64,000 nt of DNA from Pyrinomonadaceae bacterium (GTDB lineage Bacteria; Acidobacteriota; Blastocatellia; Pyrinomonadales; Pyrinomonadaceae). Below, one piece after another: positions 47,971-57,195 of the stretch. The stretch lies in NCBI GenBank assembly GCA_035697425.1, contig DASSCX010000255.1, positions 1,183 to 65,182 on the forward strand, read 5' to 3'. Numbering within the stretch: the first letter of the stretch is position 1; the number at the start of each line of letters is the position of its first letter. Both the position numbers and the translations under genes were made by a program. The notes below the pieces were generated by a model. The model did no database searches and had not been told where the DNA came from. It saw only the letters and a program-made list of their open reading frames with translations.

Positions 47971-49940
47971 GTCAATCTGTCGCGCCGCGCCTTTACATCG
48001 AATGGCGATTAGGACTCATTGCCGCGATCGCAATGAGCGTTCTCGCCTTGGTCCCCCAGTTTCATCTTTGGGCCGTACGTTCCAGCAACTGGCAAGGCAC
48101 ATACGTGACTTTTGATTTTGACGAAGTCGCTTACGCCTCATACTTGAACGCTCTGATTGATGGACGTCCGCGCCGTAACGATCCCTACACCGGACGAGAC
48201 TTTACAGCCCGGGAACCGCTGCCTGAATCCTTACACTCAATTCAATTTGTGGCTGCTTACGCCTTAGCATTACCGGCCCGAGCTTTGGGCTTGTCTACGG
48301 GCGCAACTTTTGTCCTTGTGCGCGCCCTTGCCGCCTTCGCTTCAACCCTCGCCCTTTTTTGGTTACTGGTTTTGATCACAAGTGATAGCCGTGTTGCCGC
48401 GGCCGGAGCCATCGTTGTGCTGTGTCTCGGCGGCTTGGCCGGTGAGCCTTACGATGCCTGGCGCATTATCTCTTTGCGAGGCACAGGTGAGACCTTGCCT
48501 TTCCTGCGACGCTACGTGCCCGCCCTGGTTTTTCCCTTGTTCTTCATCTTTGCCGGCCTTGTTTGGCAGGCATTGCGTAATGGGAAAAAGCAGTCCCTTG
48601 TGCGACCCGCCCTGCTCGCAGGTTGCGTTATTGGCCTGTTGATCTTTTCTTACTTCTTTTTGTGGACCGCAGCGGTCGCCTGGCTCTTCGTTGTCGCAGT
48701 GCTTTGGACAAGCTCAAGCGGTCTAAGAGATCGAAACGCAATTTTGGTTTTGGCGATTCCCGCTGTTTGTGCGGCGTTTGCCCTTGTGCCTTACGGTCTT
48801 TTGCTAAACCAGCGGGCGGCCACCGTTGATGCAGCACAGTTGCTGATGCATTCGCGCGCTCCCCTGGTGAGTCTGCCCGTGGTTATCGGTTTGCTGGTTT
48901 TGCTCGCTTTAGTCATTGTGGTCCGGTCACACCGGCTGCAGTGGCGCCAGCCGGCTGTAATCTTTACGGCCTCGTTTGCTTTATTACCGGCAATAACATT
49001 CAACCAACAAATTGTCACTGGCCTACTCTTGCAACCAGTGCACTACAGCCGCTATATCGCGAACTACACGGGTGTGCTTGCTGCCTTTCTGGCGACTGTA
49101 CTGATTTGTCGCGGCAATCATGAGCGGCTGCCAGCCACGAGCTTCCGCAATCGAATGCTCTTTCTCATAGTTCTAACAGTCTTTGGTTGGGCAATAGTAG
49201 AGAGCAGCGTCCGAAGCGCACGATTCGGCAACCACAACGCCTCGCGTGATGACGCGCAACGAGTAGCCTGGCGACTACGCGAATTAGCAGCTGCGGAAAC
49301 AGCAGCGAGCAATTCCGCTGCGTCGGTGGTGTTCTGCAGCGATCTTCTGTTAGCGGATACACTGCCCAACACGGCGCCTCAGCCAATCCTGTGGGCGTCG
49401 CATCTGTTCGTTTTCTCGGGCGCGTCCACTCCGGAAAATCGCGAGCGGCTTTACCAGCAACTCTATTATTCAGGCGTTAATGAACAGGACTTTGCGGCAC
49501 TGGCGGGTAGATCTAGTTTCTTGCAGCTAGCGCTCTTTGGTTGGGAACGCATGAAGGAGCAGCCACATATCCGCGCAATTACCGATGAAGATGTGCGGCG
49601 AGAAACCTTGCTTTATGCTGAATACATTGGGGCGTTCAATGCAGCGCGCGCCGCGGCGCCCCCCGTTGGTTATCTAGTTACGCCGGCAATGGGTGGACCA
49701 TCCCTAACAAACTTTGATCGTTGGTACGAGCGGGATTCCGGTGAGCGCGTTGGGGACTACATGCTTTATAGAACACGGCAGAGGGTAGTCGGCAGTGGGC
49801 TGGGCAAGGAAGGGCAAGGCAAGGCCAAGGAAATTTATCATTTCTCTTTTGCCATTTCTCATTTTCCATTTGATCAACCTTCAATCCACAATCTGGGGAC
49901 TAACTTTATGGACTTAAATGCCAACTGCGCCGTCGGATGA
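47967..49940 (+). CDS. Polytopic membrane protein, GT-C-like, paralog 2
   Basis: It aligns along its length with paralog 1 (FDFDEVAYASYLNALIDGRPRRNDPYTGRD). The last roughly 55 codons have no counterpart in paralog 1 and are encoded by the left arm of the 300-nt palindrome. Confidence 0.65.
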   Translation: MSQSVAPRLYIEWRLGLIAAIAMSVLALVPQFHLWAVRSSNWQGTYVTFDFDEVAYASYLNALIDGRPRRNDPYTGRDFTAREPLPESLHSIQFVAAYALALPARALGLSTGATFVLVRALAAFASTLALFWLLVLITSDSRVAAAGAIVVLCLGGLAGEPYDAWRIISLRGTGETLPFLRRYVPALVFPLFFIFAGLVWQALRNGKKQSLVRPALLAGCVIGLLIFSYFFLWTAAVAWLFVVAVLWTSSSGLRDRNAILVLAIPAVCAAFALVPYGLLLNQRAATVDAAQLLMHSRAPLVSLPVVIGLLVLLALVIVVRSHRLQWRQPAVIFTASFALLPAITFNQQIVTGLLLQPVHYSRYIANYTGVLAAFLATVLICRGNHERLPATSFRNRMLFLIVLTVFGWAIVESSVRSARFGNHNASRDDAQRVAWRLRELAAAETAASNSAASVVFCSDLLLADTLPNTAPQPILWASHLFVFSGASTPENRERLYQQLYYSGVNEQDFAALAGRSSFLQLALFGWERMKEQPHIRAITDEDVRRETLLYAEYIGAFNAARAAAPPVGYLVTPAMGGPSLTNFDRWYERDSGERVGDYMLYRTRQRVVGSGLGKEGQGKAKEIYHFSFAISHFPFDQPSIHNLGTNFMDLNANCAVG

Positions 49941-50077
49941 ATCCGACACATGGAAATGGCAGACGGAATGACAGCTGGCTGAAGGAAATGGAAAATGAGA
50001 AATGGCAAATGAGAAATCTTTTGCCCTGCCTACTGCCTTCTGCCGACTACCTAATGCCTACTGCCTACTGCCTACTG
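49778..50077. repeat. Roughly 300-nt nested imperfect palindrome built of heptad words
   Basis: GTAGTCGGCAG (about 49787) pairs with CTGCCGACTAC (about 50040). CATTTCTCATTTTCCATTT (about 49853) pairs with AAATGGAAAATGAGAAATG (about 49987). The outer words are GGCAAGG-type against CCTACTGCC-type. Confidence 0.75.
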
Positions 50078-50081
50078 TTTT

Positions 50082-53000
50082 CTAAGGTAACCCTTCCACG
50101 TTAAAGTACGCCCGGAAGGTTCCGCCCTGCTGCACACCAAGCAGGAAGTGCACATCGATTGACGCCCCATTCGCGATCGCCCCACCGGGAATCGCTACCG
50201 TCGCCGACGAGTTTAAGCCACCACCATTCGGCTGCAGCAGTGGCGTCGGTTGTTCGATCATCAAACCCCTGACTGTCAACATTCCCAGGCTGGTTGTAAT
50301 GCTGAAGTCGGAACCATCAACGACGCGGACGTCTGCCTGAGATCCGCCCGGGCTGTAACCAGGACTGTTTAGTGTCGTGATGTCTACCACGCGGAAGCGA
50401 AGCCGCGTGATCGGCGCACCCGTTTGATTAGTGAAGCGTCGCCGCACCGAGAGGGTGCCGAGCGCGCCGTTGGTTACTGGTGTCAAATCGCGCACGCGGT
50501 TAGGGGCGGCCGCGGAAGAAGTCTGCGGCTCGATCAAGCCCGGCTTGATCGTGGAGTTCCTTTGAATCGGGCTCAACGTATTCTCAGGTCCGGGCGCGCC
50601 CAATTGCGATTGCACACCACCGTAGCTGGCGCCGTTTGTCGAAACAAAAACAAAGTCAGCGGCATTATTGTTAGTATCCTGCGGTAAACCTGTTACTAGT
50701 CTTCGCACGTACGCATACTCCCCGTCGTTTGCTCCATGCGATTGCAGGTTCGTGCCTTCGCGATAGAGATCGGCAGTCGCTCCGGCTACCGAACTCAAGC
50801 TAACCGCGTCGAGTCGTGTGGCGAGCGAGAAGTTGGAAATGTTGTCGCTTTGGAATAGAGCAATCGCGGAATTGTCAGGAATGTTAATTAGCCCTTCCAA
50901 GCCACGATACTTCCGATCGGCGCTGGCATATGTGTCGAGCGTGTATTCGCCGGTTGGTGTGATGCCATTGGGCGCTGGAGGCGCGAGCGGCTCATTTGTC
51001 AGCAAGTAGTGTCCGCGCGCCGGAATGACCGTCCCGTTGGGAATCACCGCGGCAATGTTTTCCAGCGTGCCTGAGCTATCCAGGTAAGAGAGGGCCCAGC
51101 CGCTCGTGCCGTCAACGGAATTCACGGTGATGGCCGCATCGGTGTTGTTGTAAAGTTCGATGTACTCATCAACTGAGCCATCCACTTGGCCGGGAACGAC
51201 GGAAGGCCCACGGAAGCGAAACTCACTAATGATCACCGAACCGACCGCTAAACCACCCAACGAGAAATAAGCAACCGGCATGTCGTGGTCCGAAATGCGC
51301 TCCGGCCGGTTGGAATCGCCGAAGTAGACTTGGGGAAAGTCGGCATTGTTCCGGCCGTAGGCAAAACGGTTAAGAATCGCGAACGCATCGTCGTTAACGA
51401 GCACATGATCGAGCGACTGGGCGTTACCGTCAAAAGTAAACGAATAGCGCTGATCAGAAGGCACTGTATTGATCAAATTCGTCAGATCCGGATTAACCAA
51501 GTCGCTGGAAGCGAGCACTACCTGATCTGCTGGAGTGGGCACGCCGGTGATGGTACCCATGCTGTCCACATAACCATCATTAAACTGAAACGCGTTGTAG
51601 TCGCCGACCGAAATGATCTTTTCGGAAGGATCAGTCGTCTGTCGCGCCTGGATCAGATTCGCAAGATACTCAGCCTGGGCGCGTCGTTTAGCGCGAACAC
51701 GCGCACCCTCAGTACCTGAACCGTTGGGAGTAAGATCATCAACTCCATTTAACGATCGCAAGTGATTCACAATCACCGTAAAGGCGAGCGTGCCTCCAGC
51801 AGGCCTGGCAATCGTGGCGCGCAAAACGAGAGGCGGCCGGTCGTTTAAGATCTCAGGTGAGCCAGTGTTGGGATTGATGTAAGTGTCAGTCAATCCAAAC
51901 TGGGTAACATCAACAACAGAAACCCGCGCGGCCTTCACGAGAAAACCAACGTCAATCAAACCGATGTCATTCCCTTCAACCAGATAGGCCTGATAGTTAG
52001 GGTTGGGCTCCATATTGGCTACGGCATCGTTGTTGACTTTGGTAGCCACCGCCTGGAGCGTGGCTAAATTCTCCATCTCAACTATGCCAATCACGTCGGG
52101 ACTGCGCATCACATTGCGAATCGCCAGCGATGCTTTGTTAAGTCGATTGTTGAAGGCAGTGGTGGTTAAAACCACATCGCCGCCGGGGTCGTCGACGTTA
52201 TTGTAGAAGCGCTGCATGTTGAAAGCGCCGACTGTTAGTTCGTTGGCGGTTTGATCGGGAACGGGCGTGAAAGTGGAAACTGAACCCACGCTCGGAGGCG
52301 TGGCCGGATCCGGGAGGATCGTATACGTGCGGAAACCAAAGTCCACTACACCGGTTATGCCGGTGACTATTGTTCCGCTAGTCAGGTTGATCGCTGTCGC
52401 CCCGGTTTGGCCGTCACTGTCAACACGCAAGCGTTCAGGGTTTTCATCAAAGCGCGGAATACTGCCTGGGGCGCCCGCGGGAAGCGGATCAGAGATGGCA
52501 ATTCCGGGCTCACGGAAAGGCCGAGCTACGCCCGTAACCACGCCATAGAAGACTCCGTTGGAGCTCGCGGTAGCGCTCGACTCAGTGATGTTTCCCTGCG
52601 TCGGTGCAATCGCGGTTAGCGAAGCTACAGTGACGCGCATGCCTTCGTATTCCTCGAGCGTGTCGAGCGGATTGGTCGTCTCAGACGCTTGGGTGGTCTC
52701 GGCGGCCGTAATTACCACCGGAGTCGGCAGCGGATTGCCGGTCGAAAGTTGCAAAACGGTTGGACCGGTGAGTTCTGTCAGCGGTGGACTGCTGGGATCT
52801 GCGGAAGGAATAAAATCAGAGACCGTTCCAGTGACTTGTACGCTATTGCCAAGCGCCGCCGCCGCCGGCGGCGCACTGGAAGTGAAAACAAAGATGCCTT
52901 CCGATGTGTTGGGATCGGCATCAACGGTGGCATCAGGCTCCTGAATAAAAAAGCCATTGCTCTTTAATCCGGTGACGACACCGGTAGTCGTTACTACTTG

Positions 53001-54209
53001 TGCCGCAAGTGGCGAAGTGGAGCCAGAGCCTTGGATCGTGTGAATCGGCGTGAGGGTCGCGTCGTCATTGTTGATAGTTCCCAAACCCTGCACGTCGCCG
53101 GGGTTCGCGTTGACGATGTTTGTTATGTTGACGAAGAAAGTTTCGTTGGGTTCGTTAGTCCCATCCCCGTTGACCGTGACAGAAAAGCTAGCCGAGGTAT
53201 TGCCGGCAGTAATAGTTCTTCCAATTTCAGAGTTGGCTACATAGTCGTTATCTTCAGTTGCTGGATTATCGTCCTGGGCAGTGCCATCCGCCGTGGCGAC
53301 GTCAAAAGTTACGTCGCTCGCCCCGGGAATCGTCAAACTCACTTGAAAGGTAAAAGTTGTGGTGCCGGCGTTGCCTTCAGCCAGCGACACGTCGTTGATA
53401 CTGAGAATAGGAAGTGTGGGTCCCGTGCTAACGCTGATGTCATCTACACCAATCCACTCATCATTGCCGACAGCATTAGTCGACATAATGCGGACTTGAA
53501 CTTCTGCTTGATTCTCTGCGGCTACCGGCAGCGCAACGCTAACTGGCGTCACCTGAGTACAGAGACTCGGCCCTGCCGAGGCATCCGCCACATAACCGGC
53601 GGCAATGTTTGTAAAGTTGCCGCTATTGCCGACGCGATACTGCAATGCGATCTGCTGGATAGAGTTATCCGAAGTGCAGTCGATATCGCGCAGATTGTAA
53701 GAGACGTTAATTCCCGACTGCCCCGTAGTGTTCAAGTAAAGAATGATGTGCGGCGCGTCGGCCGTGCCCGATCCTTGCAGGGCGATGGTTGAATCTGTAG
53801 CCGGACCACCCGTCTGCGAAGTGGTGTGAAACTCGCCCACGTCACCGTTTGTGATTGCCGTCGAGGTTTGGTTAGCAAAAACGGTTAGGTCGCCGGCAAC
53901 GCCGCTGGCCCCAGTGAGAATTGTCTGCGGGTCGGTTCCCGTTGCAGTCGTTAAGTCCTGTCCCAGAAACCCCTGAATACCAGCCACGCCCGTCCAGATG
54001 TCGTTCGTCGTGATAAGGCCATTATTCGACCAGTTTTGGCTGAACGGCAGCGTTTGTGTTGAAGCATCGGCCAGAGCAACCGAGAAGGACGACAGTCGCA
54101 GCAACGAACTTCCTGGCAGCGATAGCACCAACAATGCGCCTAAAGTCAGGGCAAGAAACTGACGGCGTTTGGTAGCACGTCTTTGACGGCTGCTCGGCAA
54201 GGTAAACAC
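50082..54209 (-). CDS. ExeM/NucH-like extracellular nuclease: N-terminal domain, Calx-beta, endonuclease/exonuclease/phosphatase (EEP) domain, LTD plus shared C-terminal module
   Basis: It has a signal peptide. The Calx-beta pattern is SINDVSLAEGNAGTTTFTFQVSLT...DNDY. The EEP motifs are LTVGAFNMQRFYN, IVEMEN, GDYNAF and SDHDMPVAYF. The shared-module motifs are ISEFRFRGP...DEYIELYNN, GAPGPENTLSPIQRN and TRLRFRVVDITT, ending NVEGLP. Confidence 0.8.
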   Translation of the reverse strand: MFTLPSSRQRRATKRRQFLALTLGALLVLSLPGSSLLRLSSFSVALADASTQTLPFSQNWSNNGLITTNDIWTGVAGIQGFLGQDLTTATGTDPQTILTGASGVAGDLTVFANQTSTAITNGDVGEFHTTSQTGGPATDSTIALQGSGTADAPHIILYLNTTGQSGINVSYNLRDIDCTSDNSIQQIALQYRVGNSGNFTNIAAGYVADASAGPSLCTQVTPVSVALPVAAENQAEVQVRIMSTNAVGNDEWIGVDDISVSTGPTLPILSINDVSLAEGNAGTTTFTFQVSLTIPGASDVTFDVATADGTAQDDNPATEDNDYVANSEIGRTITAGNTSASFSVTVNGDGTNEPNETFFVNITNIVNANPGDVQGLGTINNDDATLTPIHTIQGSGSTSPLAAQVVTTTGVVTGLKSNGFFIQEPDATVDADPNTSEGIFVFTSSAPPAAAALGNSVQVTGTVSDFIPSADPSSPPLTELTGPTVLQLSTGNPLPTPVVITAAETTQASETTNPLDTLEEYEGMRVTVASLTAIAPTQGNITESSATASSNGVFYGVVTGVARPFREPGIAISDPLPAGAPGSIPRFDENPERLRVDSDGQTGATAINLTSGTIVTGITGVVDFGFRTYTILPDPATPPSVGSVSTFTPVPDQTANELTVGAFNMQRFYNNVDDPGGDVVLTTTAFNNRLNKASLAIRNVMRSPDVIGIVEMENLATLQAVATKVNNDAVANMEPNPNYQAYLVEGNDIGLIDVGFLVKAARVSVVDVTQFGLTDTYINPNTGSPEILNDRPPLVLRATIARPAGGTLAFTVIVNHLRSLNGVDDLTPNGSGTEGARVRAKRRAQAEYLANLIQARQTTDPSEKIISVGDYNAFQFNDGYVDSMGTITGVPTPADQVVLASSDLVNPDLTNLINTVPSDQRYSFTFDGNAQSLDHVLVNDDAFAILNRFAYGRNNADFPQVYFGDSNRPERISDHDMPVAYFSLGGLAVGSVIISEFRFRGPSVVPGQVDGSVDEYIELYNNTDAAITVNSVDGTSGWALSYLDSSGTLENIAAVIPNGTVIPARGHYLLTNEPLAPPAPNGITPTGEYTLDTYASADRKYRGLEGLINIPDNSAIALFQSDNISNFSLATRLDAVSLSSVAGATADLYREGTNLQSHGANDGEYAYVRRLVTGLPQDTNNNAADFVFVSTNGASYGGVQSQLGAPGPENTLSPIQRNSTIKPGLIEPQTSSAAAPNRVRDLTPVTNGALGTLSVRRRFTNQTGAPITRLRFRVVDITTLNSPGYSPGGSQADVRVVDGSDFSITTSLGMLTVRGLMIEQPTPLLQPNGGGLNSSATVAIPGGAIANGASIDVHFLLGVQQGGTFRAYFNVEGLP

Positions 54210-54497
54210 GTGTGATTCCTTTCGAATTGTAAAGTACGAGAGTTTGGTTTCGATTAACGCAACCTTTAATTGCGTCGTCCTGTGCAGATGCGATTAATAA
54301 ACGAAGATCGCGACGACTTGAAGCGATTTCTGGCAGACCACGGGGAGATTCCTTCAGAACTGGTTAGCGGTCGGCTGAGCCACCTTATATCACAGTGTGC
54401 TTGCTGCAGATGAGAAAAGTGTACTCACGCCTAAAGATGATTTTTCCCCAAAGGGTTCCACCCCTTGAGTAACGTCGGAGCGTTGCGGAGCCGCTGT

Positions 54498-54767
54498 TTA
54501 TGCCAGCAGGCGATGCGCCCCGAGCGAAGTTAGCAGTCGTTTGATCGACTCTGCGGCATGTTCTTCACTTACGTCGTAGCGATCGCAAATCTCGCGAGCG
54601 ATCTCTGACGTAGTTTGACCGCGTTCCAGTCCAAGCCATACGAGCATTGCGGTCTCGTTCAGCGTGTAGTAACGCTTAGTATTCAGATCGACGAGCACAG
54701 CTTCACGACCGTCGAATTCGGTATAGACGATATGGCTGTGTGGGTGTGGTGTGGCAGAAGCGTTCAA
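54498..54767 (-). CDS. PqqD-family peptide-binding protein (RiPP recognition element)
   Basis: It is 89 aa. KRYYTLNETAMLVWLGLERGQTTSEIAREICDRYDVSEEHAAESIKRLLTSL fits the PqqD pattern. It lies 24 nt downstream of the radical SAM gene. Confidence 0.75.
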   Translation of the reverse strand: MNASATPHPHSHIVYTEFDGREAVLVDLNTKRYYTLNETAMLVWLGLERGQTTSEIAREICDRYDVSEEHAAESIKRLLTSLGAHRLLA

Positions 54768-54791
54768 GCGATTCTCTTTTCTAGTGTGAAA

Positions 54792-55886
54792 TCAGTCGCT
54801 GGTAGTGGCGGGCGCCACGATTACCGGCAGCGAACGTCCGTTGGCCGCCTGACCGTTAAGTCGCGCACTGCGCCAGGGGATTTTTCCAAAACTCTGCAGG
54901 CAGAATAGACACGGTGACCCGGTATAAAGATCAGGCGTCTCACCGCGCGCTGCGATTTCGGCCAAAGCTTGCCGGCGTCGTTCGAGTTGCTGCTGCGCGA
55001 GGGCTTGCAAACGCGCATAGCCAACCGCAAAACTCTCATGATGCAGATCTGCCAAAACATCAGGTTCGCCGTCAGCGTTGCGATAACCTGCAAGGTTGCA
55101 GCAAAGCGTCAGACGACCGCGCCAATCGACATTGCAACTGGTAGTTTTTAGCGGCGAACAAGGAACTTCGGAATCGATGTCGTAGTAACCCGCGGCGATG
55201 CCGATCGGCATCTTGAGAATCTTCGCGAGTCCCATCACTTCCTGTTCCGCATGACGTTGCTCCTCAAGCGTCAAGGCTGACTCGTTCTCGGCTTCAGCCG
55301 ATGTTGGCAATAAATGAGAAAAATGCAGCGCGGCAGCACCGAGACGCGCGGCCAGCAAAGCAATCTGTTCCAACTCGGTCATCGTATCGCGCCGGATTCC
55401 GACTTTGAACACGAACGGGATGTTCTGCACGTGACAGCGAGTTACCGCCCGGATCACGCGATCGAACGATCCGGCGCCGCGCCAGAAGTCGTGCGTTTCG
55501 CGCGTGGCTCCGTCTACACTGAAGGCCACGAGTCGCACGGCTTGCTTGTTAGCCATGATCGCCGGATAAACCCGATCGAAGTGCCAACCGTTAGTGACGA
55601 AGCTGCATTGCATGCCTTCGCTTGCCACCGCGGCAATCATTTCGTTGAAGTGCGGGTGGAGCGTTACTTCGCCGCCCGTGAAGGTTACATAGTCGATCTG
55701 GTAAGCGTCGCGCGCCTCGCGCACAATTCGTCCCAGCAACTCGGCGGGAAAGTAGTTCGCTTTGGTGTGATAGAGCGCGTCCTCATCGCGCATGCAATAG
55801 CTGCAGTGGAGATTGCAGATGTTCGTCAGCTCGACCGTTAATCGAACTGGATCCGGGCGCTGGGGAACTTCGGTGGTGACAGTCAC
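54792..55886 (-). CDS. Radical SAM enzyme with Cys-rich SPASM/twitch-like C-terminal domain
   Basis: The CxxxCxxC motif lies in LTNICNLHCSYCM. C-terminal cysteines are CSPLKTTSCNVDWRGRLTLCCNLAGY and SPCLFC. It is 364 aa. Confidence 0.85.
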   Translation of the reverse strand: MTVTTEVPQRPDPVRLTVELTNICNLHCSYCMRDEDALYHTKANYFPAELLGRIVREARDAYQIDYVTFTGGEVTLHPHFNEMIAAVASEGMQCSFVTNGWHFDRVYPAIMANKQAVRLVAFSVDGATRETHDFWRGAGSFDRVIRAVTRCHVQNIPFVFKVGIRRDTMTELEQIALLAARLGAAALHFSHLLPTSAEAENESALTLEEQRHAEQEVMGLAKILKMPIGIAAGYYDIDSEVPCSPLKTTSCNVDWRGRLTLCCNLAGYRNADGEPDVLADLHHESFAVGYARLQALAQQQLERRRQALAEIAARGETPDLYTGSPCLFCLQSFGKIPWRSARLNGQAANGRSLPVIVAPATTSD

Positions 55887-55895
55887 GAAACCTTT

Positions 55896-56810
55896 TTACT
55901 CTGTCATGTAGAGGGCGAGCAAGTCAGCCGCTCGCTCCGGCTGAAGCAACAGGTCACGACCCGCCGCCAGTTCATAAGCACGACATTGATTTGCCAGCCG
56001 CGCCAGCACTCGCAAATATTCGGGCGCAGTGCAAGTGTCGTAAGTCGCCCAGGGACAATGTCTCACGAGTTGCTCCATCGCAGCCCGAGAATCGACCTTA
56101 TTGATCTTCGTTTCGGCCGCCGCCACTACTTGGGGGAAGAAGAGGACGCGCGGTTGGCAGCTTGCCGCCCGACTTTCAGGGAAAACAGTTTCCGGTTCGA
56201 GGCGGCGTTTCGAAGGATCGGAAGCTACTGGAGCACCCAGGGCGGCGCTCAACCTCAGGCTGCTGCTACCAACTACGGAAGTGTCAGCTACCGCAAACAA
56301 TCGGCGAAGCCCTTCAACTTCCAGCGTCGCAGGAGTTTCACGTAAAACTACCATGTCGTCCGACAAGTAGAGCCAGCCCGCCTCCGTGAGCCGCAACGTC
56401 AACGTGGTCTTGCCGCTGCCGGAAGCGCCAACGAAAAGTGCGCCAGCCTGCGAAAGAGGTTCAACGGCCGCGGCGGCATGCACATCAAAAACGCCGGCGC
56501 GGCGCAGCGCCGCTTGCAATCCATACGAAAAAGCATTTACAAGCGCGACTGGGTGGCGCGCTTGTTCAGTTACGCCAAACCAAACCTCCACTTGTCGCTC
56601 CGCTGGAGGGCAGATGTGAACCAGAGACTCGTCGACCGTCAAAAAGTATTGGCTCTGATCGGTGTAACAGTGGCCGCGATTGATGGCGAACGATTGCAAC
56701 CCGGAGGGAATGTTAGGAAGCGCCGCCCGTCTTACGGTTAATGTTATCGAGGGCTGGTCGACGGGCGCGAACGTGTGTACGAGGTGAAAGCCGTTTAGGA
56801 AACTTGCCAC
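55896..56810 (-). CDS. HPr-kinase-C-terminal-like P-loop protein (HprK-related kinase)
   Basis: GASGSGKTTLTLRLTEAGWLYLSDDMVVL mirrors the HprK pattern GxSGxGKS...LVxDD. It lies 9 nt upstream of the radical SAM gene. Confidence 0.65.
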   Translation of the reverse strand: MASFLNGFHLVHTFAPVDQPSITLTVRRAALPNIPSGLQSFAINRGHCYTDQSQYFLTVDESLVHICPPAERQVEVWFGVTEQARHPVALVNAFSYGLQAALRRAGVFDVHAAAAVEPLSQAGALFVGASGSGKTTLTLRLTEAGWLYLSDDMVVLRETPATLEVEGLRRLFAVADTSVVGSSSLRLSAALGAPVASDPSKRRLEPETVFPESRAASCQPRVLFFPQVVAAAETKINKVDSRAAMEQLVRHCPWATYDTCTAPEYLRVLARLANQCRAYELAAGRDLLLQPERAADLLALYMTE

Positions 56811-56958
56811 CCACTGTGCTTCCCAATCGCCCAGGGTATGAACGCGCAGGAGCCGGCCGGCAATATTGTAATGACTAATCAGACCAGAAGTTGCGTTGGC
56901 TTGAAACTGCGATTCGAGGATTCACCAGGCACGGACCAAACACCAGAGCCTGCAGTTG

Positions 56959-57141
56959 TTAGGTTGTGGTGCTTTCGATGGTGGGCGCCTGGAAAAATGT
57001 GGTTGCTTCCAGAACCTCTATCGGCACCGATATGGCGGGTTCGATAAATGGTTTTTTTGGCGACGCCTTGGTTGATTCAGATTCTTCAGTCATCTGCTCA
57101 GATAGAGAATCATCGGATGTAATGGCATTGAGCATATTCAA
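56959..57141 (-). CDS. Candidate RiPP precursor peptide A1 (60 aa from the TTG at 57141; the ORF is open to 57171)
   Basis: GGAGG lies 8 nt upstream of the TTG. It has an acidic/Ser-rich N-terminal part and the C-terminus KPFIEPAISVPIEVLEATTFFQAPTIESTTT. It is a paralog of the peptide at 57448..57618. Confidence 0.65.
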   Translation of the reverse strand: MNMLNAITSDDSLSEQMTEESESTKASPKKPFIEPAISVPIEVLEATTFFQAPTIESTTT

Positions 57142-57195
57142 GTCTAGAACCTCCGAGGATAATTGTGCCAATGTTGAACTGCTGTTAACCCTATG

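Noticed and set aside
10090-50077. Could the short repeated words be CRISPR arrays?
   Set aside because: The units are about 7 nt, degenerate, contiguous or mirrored, and lack 25-40-nt spacers. There are no cas genes in the window.
39173-53792. Long ORFs inside the big LTD/nuclease genes, e.g. 39173..39817 (plus strand, antisense), 40652..41038 (same strand, other frame), 41800..42453 (plus strand, antisense) and 52998..53792 (plus strand, antisense).
   Set aside because: They lie fully inside much longer ORFs that have recognisable domains and signal peptides. Their composition (Arg/Ser/Gly-rich) is typical of off-frame translation of GC-rich coding DNA.
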